In this document: positions 54,862 through 61,119 of the stretch, piece after piece
Numbering within the stretch: position 1 is the first letter of the stretch
Layout: each line of letters starts with the position of its first letter
DNA from: Deltaproteobacteria bacterium
GTDB lineage: Bacteria > Myxococcota_A > Polyangia > Haliangiales > Haliangiaceae
Direction: 5' to 3'
NCBI GenBank assembly: GCA_029565465.1
Contig: JAKQOD010000652.1
Location: 1 to 61,119, forward strand
Length of the DNA stretch: 61,119 bases
Notes under the pieces: model-generated
What the model was told of the DNA's origin: nothing
Seen by the model: only the letters and a program-made list of their open reading frames with translations
Databases searched by the model: none
Made by a program: the position numbers and the translations under genes

Positions 54862-55860
54862 ATGAAGCGCTTTTTGCTGTTGCTGTTCGTATTGCTGTTG
54901 GAGCCAGGTTGTAAGAACGCAAAATTGCTACAGACAGCGGCGCCCCCTGCTACGCCAGTGACGGACGCACGTACGGTAGACCCTTGGTCGATTCCCGACG
55001 CGTTCATGCGAACTGAAATGTTCGAGGTTGCGCGCAGCAGGTTTACGACCAAAATATTGCAGCAAAAAAAAAAGAATCAAGCGGTTGATGTGCCACCGCC
55101 GCACACGCTGCAACAAATTTCTTACCGTGGGCCTCTCGGGGAAATGGCCGCGTACGTAAGCCCGGATCCGAACGATGGACGCAAGCATCCCGCGATTATT
55201 TGGCTCATCGGCGGTTTTTCAACAAGCATCAGCAAAGAAGCGTGGATGAAATCGCCACCGAGCAACGACCAATCAGCGGCAGCGTTTTGGCGCGCTGGCG
55301 TAATCACCATGTACCCATCGATGCGCGGCGGGAATAAGAATCCTGGCTACAAAGAGAATTTGTACGGCGAAGTCGACGACGTTGGCGCGGCCTACCAAAA
55401 ACTTGCAGCTTTGCCGTATGTTGATGCTAATCGAATCTTCCTCGGGGGCCACAGCGTGGGCGGCACCCTCGCGCTGCTTGTGGCCGAAGCCTATCCACAT
55501 TTCCGAGCGACGTTTGCGTTTGGAGCTGCGGAGCGTTTCCGCGACTGGGGGCCCGACAATGCTGGCTTTGATTTCGGCGATGCCACGGAACATCTGATGC
55601 GAGCGCCGATCGAATGGCTGCATAGTTTGCGAAGTCCAACCTACATTGCTGAAGGTGAAGGTGGCAACGGCAGCGCAATCAGCTCCTTTACATCGCAAAA
55701 TCGAAATCCGTTGGTACACACGCTGCTCTTGAAAGACCACGATCACGTAACGTATTTGTTTCGAGCCATGACGTTTCTTGCAAACAAAATTCTCGCCGAC
55801 TCCGGCACGGGTGCGTTCAGCTTCGATATCGCCGAACTTGGCGTTGCCGTCGCACCGTAG
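54862..55860 (+). CDS. Secreted alpha/beta hydrolase (S9/dienelactone-hydrolase-like), lipoprotein
   Basis: ATG at 54862: MKRFLLLLFVLLLEPGCKN (lipobox). HPAIIWLIGGF, nucleophile elbow FLGGHSVGGTLA, and a late DHDHV. Confidence 0.7.
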   Translation: MKRFLLLLFVLLLEPGCKNAKLLQTAAPPATPVTDARTVDPWSIPDAFMRTEMFEVARSRFTTKILQQKKKNQAVDVPPPHTLQQISYRGPLGEMAAYVSPDPNDGRKHPAIIWLIGGFSTSISKEAWMKSPPSNDQSAAAFWRAGVITMYPSMRGGNKNPGYKENLYGEVDDVGAAYQKLAALPYVDANRIFLGGHSVGGTLALLVAEAYPHFRATFAFGAAERFRDWGPDNAGFDFGDATEHLMRAPIEWLHSLRSPTYIAEGEGGNGSAISSFTSQNRNPLVHTLLLKDHDHVTYLFRAMTFLANKILADSGTGAFSFDIAELGVAVAP

Positions 55861-55876
55861 GAATGAGTGGGTCCCT

Positions 55877-56371
55877 TCACATCACTGGTGGCTCATTGCG
55901 CTCGGCGATCATTTCCAGGATGTCGGCGACTAGTTGGAAGGTTGCGGGGTCGTCGCTGGTGCGAAGGGTTTCGAAGCTAGGACGCAGGGCTTCGATGGCG
56001 TCCCACACCAAGCCACGCAGTTTTACGTTGCCGGTCGGGCGCTCAACATATTCGTGATCAGGGTCAGGATCAAAGGACAGCATATCGACCAGCACTTCAA
56101 GGGTTGCTCGGCGTACAGGTTGGCTGGTACCGACGAGCAGCTTACCGATATGCGGAATCACCAGCAGCGCTACCGGAAAGTAGCTGCCGCAGTGGTTGTT
56201 ACCAACGGCGTAGAGCATGGCAGAACAAACATTGTTCAGATCGGCTTCAGTACACTGCGCCAATTGCTCAAGCGCGCGTGCAACCGTAGCGCTATTGTTC
56301 CATGACGGTTGCGGAGCGGCGGCGAAGGCAGCCCGATCAGCGTCGGTGAGCTCCGTTGTCACTTCACCCAA
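55877..56371 (-). CDS. Hypothetical helical protein; start uncertain (TTG 56371 or GTG 56362)
   Basis: Coding-like helical sequence (…ARALEQLAQCTEADLNNVCSAMLYAVGNNHCGSYFPVALLVIPHIGKLL…). Overlaps the stop of the upstream gene by a few nt. Confidence 0.5.
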   Translation of the reverse strand: MGEVTTELTDADRAAFAAAPQPSWNNSATVARALEQLAQCTEADLNNVCSAMLYAVGNNHCGSYFPVALLVIPHIGKLLVGTSQPVRRATLEVLVDMLSFDPDPDHEYVERPTGNVKLRGLVWDAIEALRPSFETLRTSDDPATFQLVADILEMIAERNEPPVM

Positions 56372-57129
56372 ACATTTGCATCAGCATCAATGGAACGCAG
56401 TGCGGCGGCGGTGTCGCGGAGCATGCCGGCTGCGCTGGCGATGGGGGTTTTGGCGCGGCAGGCTTGGCGAAGGGCGTTGACGCCTTGCACGGCGAGGGCT
56501 CCGACGGCATGGAGGCGGGTGACATCGGCACCGACGTCGCCTTCTTTGGCTTTGCGATCGTTGTAGTTGACCAACGCGGTGGCTGCCGGCGAAAGCGCAC
56601 CGACGCTGAGGCAAACTTCGGGCTCGGCTTTGTTGGCGTTGTCGTCGACGAGAGCGACAAAGGTTGCAATCACAGGCACGCGCAGGGTTTTGCCGCCGGA
56701 GCCACCAGAGGCAGCGATCGTGTTCGTCGTCGCCGGCTTGCCGGCGCCCACTGAGGCTGGCCCCGTGTTCGTCGGCGCTGCCGGCGCTTGACCAAAGGGA
56801 TTGCGCACGCCCGACGCAGACTTGCTCGGCGGTGCGCCACCTGTAGCCGAGGCCGCAGCCGGTGCCGAAGTAGAGCCTGCTTGATCAAAGGGATTGCGAA
56901 TGCCAGAGCTTGGCTTGCTTGGCGGTGCGCAGCCTGTCGCCGGAGCCGCAGCCGGTGCTGAAGCTTGATCAAAGGGATTGCGCACGCCCGACGCAGATTT
57001 GCTTGGCGTAGCGCAGCCAGCCGCTGGGTCCGCAGCTGGCTTCACCGGTGTGCTGGTGGACGCAGAACCCGCAAATGCAGCAACCGGAACCGCTACAACG
57101 AAGACGCTGGTCAAGAACTTGGTGAGCAT
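56359..57129 (-). CDS. Secreted protein with three copies of a PSK.(A/S)SG(V/I)RNPF(D/G)QA motif and a C-terminal globular domain
   Basis: ATG at 57129: MLTKFLTSVFVVAVPVAAFAGSAS (signal peptide). An Ala/Pro-rich region carries the triple motif. The C-terminal ~110 aa are globular. Confidence 0.65.
   Translation of the reverse strand: MLTKFLTSVFVVAVPVAAFAGSASTSTPVKPAADPAAGCATPSKSASGVRNPFDQASAPAAAPATGCAPPSKPSSGIRNPFDQAGSTSAPAAASATGGAPPSKSASGVRNPFGQAPAAPTNTGPASVGAGKPATTNTIAASGGSGGKTLRVPVIATFVALVDDNANKAEPEVCLSVGALSPAATALVNYNDRKAKEGDVGADVTRLHAVGALAVQGVNALRQACRAKTPIASAAGMLRDTAAALRSIDADANVWVK
56788..57030. repeat. Three imperfect 84-93-bp tandem repeats, in-frame
   Basis: Units start at 56788, 56881 and 56965, each with TTGA(C/T)CAAAGGGATTGCG(C/A)A(C/T)GCC.GA.GC...TTGCT(C/T)GGCG. 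Confidence 0.8.
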
Positions 57130-57213
57130 GCGCAGAGTGAAGCATATCGCGGAGTACGACGCTGGGTAAAACGACCAAGCGCGCGTTAGAGGCTGCGACA
57201 ATCTGCCATGTAG

Positions 57214-60135
57214 CTACGGCGCACAGGTATACGCGCCGAGATCGCCGAAGGTGTCAACAGCGAAGCCGCCCCACTCAATGGTCGGATCAAACGCATCGGT
57301 CCGGTTGTTATCGCCGATGGTGAACGCGCATTTGCGGCGCAGTGTGTGATTCAGCGTGGTCACGCCGCCGGTGCCCCAGCCCTGCGCAGGCGCTTCACCA
57401 ACGCGGCCGATAGCGTCGATGGTGACACCGCCACATTGCAGCTCCACTACATCGTCGCCGTTGAAGTTGATCACTGACGCATTGATCAGATCACAATTCG
57501 CGCCGATGGCGGTGCCGACTGACGCGGTGCACGCAACGAACACATCGTGTGCTGCGATCGTTTGCGTCAACGCCAGCGAAGTCGGGGTGATCGCACCGTT
57601 GGAATACAACCGCAGCGAACAGCCAGTGAGATTCACGGGCGTGTTAAACGGATTGGCAATTTCAACAGCCTTGTTGGTGCTGCTGCCTTCAACGTACTCG
57701 CTAAAGAACAGGGTCTCGGCGCGGCAGACTGCGTTGCAGCCGTCGAATGCCGTACCATTGCCGTCGTCGCAGGTTTCGCCGCGCGAAGCTTGGGTCACGC
57801 CGTCGCCGCACGCGTTGGTTCGTATCTCGCAAATGCGGCCAACCACGCCAGCGTCGTCGCACGCGATGTCGTTCCACTCGCCGTTGCTGACCAACTGCAA
57901 ACAATCCTGTTCGATCACGCCACCGCCATTGTCAGGCTGACCAGGCATAAAATTGCTAAAGCCAAACGTTTCGCCAGTCAGCCAAGCAAACACACCTTCC
58001 GTGGTCGCGTCGGTGCCGCCGATCCACGGCGTTTGCGCTGGGTTTTGCACCGCGGCAACCAGCGCTTGCTCAGTTGCGTTGTTGACCGTCACCAAGTGGC
58101 CACCACTCGCAGCACACGCGTTGCTGGCGGCTGCAAACGTAGTGACTTCATCGTCGAACGACACGTAACAGTCGCCGCTGTTGGCATCGCCTGCAAAGCG
58201 ATCGCCACCGACCAGCAGCGGATTGCTGGCGTTGCACACTTGAACCACAACGCACGATGAAGAGCAGCCATCGGTATTGTTGCTGTTGCCATCGTCGCAC
58301 CGCTCCAGCCCGGTTAGTACAAAACCATCGCCGCACGTCGCTGCTGCGCAGGTGTTCAAACAGGCATCGGTGTTGCTGGCATTCGCGTCGTCGCAGGTTT
58401 CGACGCCGGCGTTCACAAAACCATCGCCGCAGCTCGCTGCGGTGCAGGTGACCAAACACGCATCAGTATTGCTGCTATTACCATCGTCACACCCTTCCAC
58501 ACCAGCGTGCACAAAGCCGTCGCCGCACGTCGCTGGTTGACACGTGGTAGGGCACGCATCGGTGTTGTCGCCGTTGCCGTCGTCGCACAGTTCCACCCCA
58601 GCTTGCGCAAACCCGTCGCCGCACGTCGCAGCGGCGCACGTCGTCAAACAGGCGTCGGTATTGCTGGCATTCGCGTCGTCGCAGGCTTCGACGCCAACTT
58701 GGACAAAGCCGTCGCCGCACGCGGCTACAACACACGTGTTCAGGCAGGTGTCCGTGTTGCTGGTGTTGGCATCGTCGCAGGCTTCCGTGCCAGCACGTAC
58801 AAAGCCGTCACCACAGCGCGCAGCTTGACAAGTGCCCGGACAGGCATCTGTGTTGTCACCATTGCCGTCGTCGCACGCTTCCACGCCCGCACGCACAAAA
58901 CCGTCACCGCAGGCCGCCGCCGCGTACGTCGTCAAACACGCATCGGTATTGTCGGCATTGGCGTCGTCACACGCTTCGGTGCCGGTACGCACAAAACCGT
59001 CGCCGCAGGTCGCAACCGCGCACGTGGTCAAACACGCATCGGTATTGCTCGCATTGCCGTCGTCGCACGCTTCCACGCCGCCACGTACAAAACCGTCACC
59101 GCAAGCCGCCGCCGCGCAGGTCGTCAAACACGCATCGGTATTGCTCGCATTGCCGTCGTCACATGCTTCCACGCCGGCACGCACAAAACCGTCACCGCAG
59201 ACCGCCGCCGCGCACGTGGTCAAACACGCATCGGTGTTGTCGGCATTGCCGTCGTCACACGCCTCGGTGCCTACTTGCACAAAGCCGTCGCCACACGCTG
59301 CGACTGCACACGTGGTCAAACACGCATCGGTATTGTCGGCATTGCCATCGTCGCAGGCTTCCGTACCGGCGCGCACAAAGCCGTCGCCACACGCTGCGAC
59401 TTCGCACGTACTCAAGCACGCATCGGTATTGCTGCCATTGCCGTCGTCACACGCTTCCACGCCAACACGCACAAAGCCGTCGCCGCAGGTCGCGGCCGCA
59501 CAGGTGATCAAGCAACCGTCGGTATTGTCGGCATTGCCATCGTCACAAGCTTCCATGCCAGCACGTACAAAGCCGTCGCCACACGTTGCTGGCATACACG
59601 TCGTCAGACACGCATCGGTATTGTTGGCATTGCCGTCGTCGCACCGCTCGCCGGCTTGCAACACGCCATCGCCACACGTTGCGGCTATGCAGTTATTCCG
59701 ACAAGCATCATTGTCGATTTGATTGCCGTCATCGCAACCTTCGCCGGTTGCCACAACGCCATCGCCGCAGCTCGCAGGCACGCAGCTATTGCGACACGCG
59801 TCGGCATCAACCCGATTGCCATCGTCACATTGTTCGCCAACTTGCACCACACCGTCGCCGCACACCGACGGTTTGCAAGCATTGCTACACTTGTCAACAT
59901 CGACTTGATTGCCGTCGTCGCATTGCTCGACGCCAGCGAGCACAATGCCGTCACCACAGCGCGCTTGTTTACAACCATTGGTGCAGCCATCGGTGTCAAT
60001 CGCGTTGCCATCGTCGCATTGCTCTGTGCCGGTCGCCTCACCGTCGCCGCAGTCTTGCGCCACCGGCGCAGGACCGCAGCCCCAAAACAAGAAGGTGCAA
60101 CACCAAAGCGCAAGCGCATGGGCAACGTATTTCAT
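57214..60135 (-). CDS. Giant lipoprotein: 19 cysteine-rich repeats, a C-type-lectin-like domain, one more repeat, and a lamin-tail-like domain
   Basis: MKYVAHALALWCCTFLFWGCG (lipobox). 19 consecutive 31-32-aa CGDGF.....E.CDDGN..NTDACL.TC.... units. CTLD-like region (nt ~57829-58170): CYVSFDDEVTTFAAASNACAASGGHLVTVNNATEQALV...WIGGTDATTEGVFAWLTGE...QPDN...DCLQL...GEWNDIACD. LTD-like region (nt ~57340-57714): LFFSEYVEGSSTNKAVEIANP...DVVELQ. Confidence 0.85.
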   Translation of the reverse strand: MKYVAHALALWCCTFLFWGCGPAPVAQDCGDGEATGTEQCDDGNAIDTDGCTNGCKQARCGDGIVLAGVEQCDDGNQVDVDKCSNACKPSVCGDGVVQVGEQCDDGNRVDADACRNSCVPASCGDGVVATGEGCDDGNQIDNDACRNNCIAATCGDGVLQAGERCDDGNANNTDACLTTCMPATCGDGFVRAGMEACDDGNADNTDGCLITCAAATCGDGFVRVGVEACDDGNGSNTDACLSTCEVAACGDGFVRAGTEACDDGNADNTDACLTTCAVAACGDGFVQVGTEACDDGNADNTDACLTTCAAAVCGDGFVRAGVEACDDGNASNTDACLTTCAAAACGDGFVRGGVEACDDGNASNTDACLTTCAVATCGDGFVRTGTEACDDANADNTDACLTTYAAAACGDGFVRAGVEACDDGNGDNTDACPGTCQAARCGDGFVRAGTEACDDANTSNTDTCLNTCVVAACGDGFVQVGVEACDDANASNTDACLTTCAAATCGDGFAQAGVELCDDGNGDNTDACPTTCQPATCGDGFVHAGVEGCDDGNSSNTDACLVTCTAASCGDGFVNAGVETCDDANASNTDACLNTCAAATCGDGFVLTGLERCDDGNSNNTDGCSSSCVVVQVCNASNPLLVGGDRFAGDANSGDCYVSFDDEVTTFAAASNACAASGGHLVTVNNATEQALVAAVQNPAQTPWIGGTDATTEGVFAWLTGETFGFSNFMPGQPDNGGGVIEQDCLQLVSNGEWNDIACDDAGVVGRICEIRTNACGDGVTQASRGETCDDGNGTAFDGCNAVCRAETLFFSEYVEGSSTNKAVEIANPFNTPVNLTGCSLRLYSNGAITPTSLALTQTIAAHDVFVACTASVGTAIGANCDLINASVINFNGDDVVELQCGGVTIDAIGRVGEAPAQGWGTGGVTTLNHTLRRKCAFTIGDNNRTDAFDPTIEWGGFAVDTFGDLGAYTCAP
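58228..60054. repeat. Array of ~96-bp in-frame tandem repeats (19 cysteine-rich units), approximate bounds
   Basis: 32-aa periodicity throughout. Central units are near-identical at the DNA level and also resemble the 34484-35440 array on the same strand. Confidence 0.85.
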
Positions 60136-60285
60136 AGGCCATTCCCTACCATTGAATGAAACCTAGCAACCACCATTTTTCGGCATTTTGGCGGCGCGCC
60201 TGCAGCCTGCAACCACCGTCGCTACCGTTTGTCGCCCCTCAACCCGGCGCATGTTCAAAGCTCGGCTGTCCGCGTTCCGGACGTG

Positions 60286-61026
60286 TCAACGCGCCGCTGG
60301 GTGTTCAATCAACTCACCAGGCTTGGGCGGCGATTGCGGATCTGCAGGTTGACACGCAAATGTTGCTGCATATTGGCTATGGCGCATCATCACGCCGTCG
60401 GGCGCGCCGCTGCATATTTGCAACTGCATGTAGTCGTAGATTTCCCGCGGCGACGAACTCTCCATCGACCACGTAGTGCCGTCAACATCGGTGACCGAGC
60501 ACACGATCCGCTTAGCACTCGAGCTGTGCAACGAGGCGCCCGAGCCACCGCCGTCGCAAATGCGGCCATCGTAACGCTGGGTTGCTTCGCCGCGTAGCGT
60601 GATCGTTGCTTTGCGGCTGTCGGTCAACGCGAATTCGACCTGCGACGGTGCAATGCCAAGTTGCACCTGCAGCGTTTGTTCACGTTTTTTCACTGGGGCA
60701 GCGGCGTTGCTGACAACCACGCGCATGGCGTAGTCACCGACGGGCAGGTACTGGTAATACATAGCTTCGCCTGCGCGGTATGGATAAACGCCACCTTTGA
60801 GCGCACCGACACAATGCGCTGGCCAACGATAACAATCGTCCTTGTCGACGAACGGAGCGTTCGGCGTGAAGGTGACCTCGATTGCGTAGCCAGCTGGCAC
60901 AACCTGCAGCGGCGCGAGCATCATGGTTGCAAGTGGCGTGGCTATGCTGTGCTGATGTACGGGCGGGACATGCGTTGCGCAGGCGATGGTAGCCAAGCTA
61001 GCCAACGCCGTGATTCGTGCGACCAT
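60286..61026 (-). CDS. Secreted hypothetical protein
   Basis: ATG at 61026 (the track start at 61029 is GTG). MVARITALASLATIACATHVP is a signal peptide. The body is beta-rich. Confidence 0.55.
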   Translation of the reverse strand: MVARITALASLATIACATHVPPVHQHSIATPLATMMLAPLQVVPAGYAIEVTFTPNAPFVDKDDCYRWPAHCVGALKGGVYPYRAGEAMYYQYLPVGDYAMRVVVSNAAAPVKKREQTLQVQLGIAPSQVEFALTDSRKATITLRGEATQRYDGRICDGGGSGASLHSSSAKRIVCSVTDVDGTTWSMESSSPREIYDYMQLQICSGAPDGVMMRHSQYAATFACQPADPQSPPKPGELIEHPAAR

Positions 61027-61119
61027 CACTGCACATTACCAGGTTAGCGCGCAAGCCATCGTCACCGACGCTAGTTTGTTCAGGTACCAGCGCACGCAGG
61101 CAACGTGGCACACGCCAGC

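Noticed and set aside
57829-58170. C-type-lectin-like domain, considered as a target of a diversity-generating retroelement
   Set aside because: No reverse transcriptase gene and no template-repeat copy of this segment are visible anywhere in the window.
58507-60159. 550-aa and 296-aa plus-strand ORFs (58507-60159, 58832-59722) and several shorter ones
   Set aside because: The reason is the same: they are antisense or off-frame readings of the 19-repeat array of the 973-aa minus-strand gene.

Overview
This is a 61.1-kb window from a moderately GC-rich bacterial chromosome. It has no rRNA, tRNA, CRISPR array, integrase or transposase that I can see. Two kinds of sequence are present.

(1) Positions 1-37.5 kb and 52.9-61.1 kb are secretome-rich chromosomal sequence. 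They hold many lipoproteins and signal-peptide proteins and three giant proteins built from 32-aa cysteine-rich repeats (CGDG....E.CDDGN....D.C, the 'myxococcal cysteine-rich repeat' type). They also hold an inhibitory-type serpin, an S8 protease, an M50-like protease, two beta-barrel-like outer-membrane proteins, a VapBC toxin-antitoxin pair, and a radical SAM enzyme. Housekeeping genes here are pepA (partial), an enterobacterial-type gsk, an ECF sigma factor, a cytochrome c and a FolE-family protein. This content suggests a Myxococcota/Bradymonadia-like organism, but that is inference only.

(2) Positions ~37.6-52.9 kb are a defence-island-like block lying between gsk and the ECF sigma gene. 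It contains:
- an ABC-type ATPase plus a DUF4276-like partner;
- a type I R-M system whose hsdR and hsdM-hsdS are separated by three tightly coupled uncharacterised genes;
- a lone TIGR04141/DUF6119-like gene;
- a four-gene operon: an unknown gene, DUF5131 (Gp37/Gp68), an unknown-domain::DUF488 fusion, and an unknown gene that carries a 1-nt frameshift.

The best candidates for an undescribed system are the three-gene cassette nested in the hsd operon, the DUF5131/DUF488 operon, and the ATPase/DUF4276 pair.

All family assignments come from motif recognition by eye and from memory. No searches were run. The first 'M' in the ORF track is often a GTG or TTG codon, and I re-picked starts where the sequence supported it.
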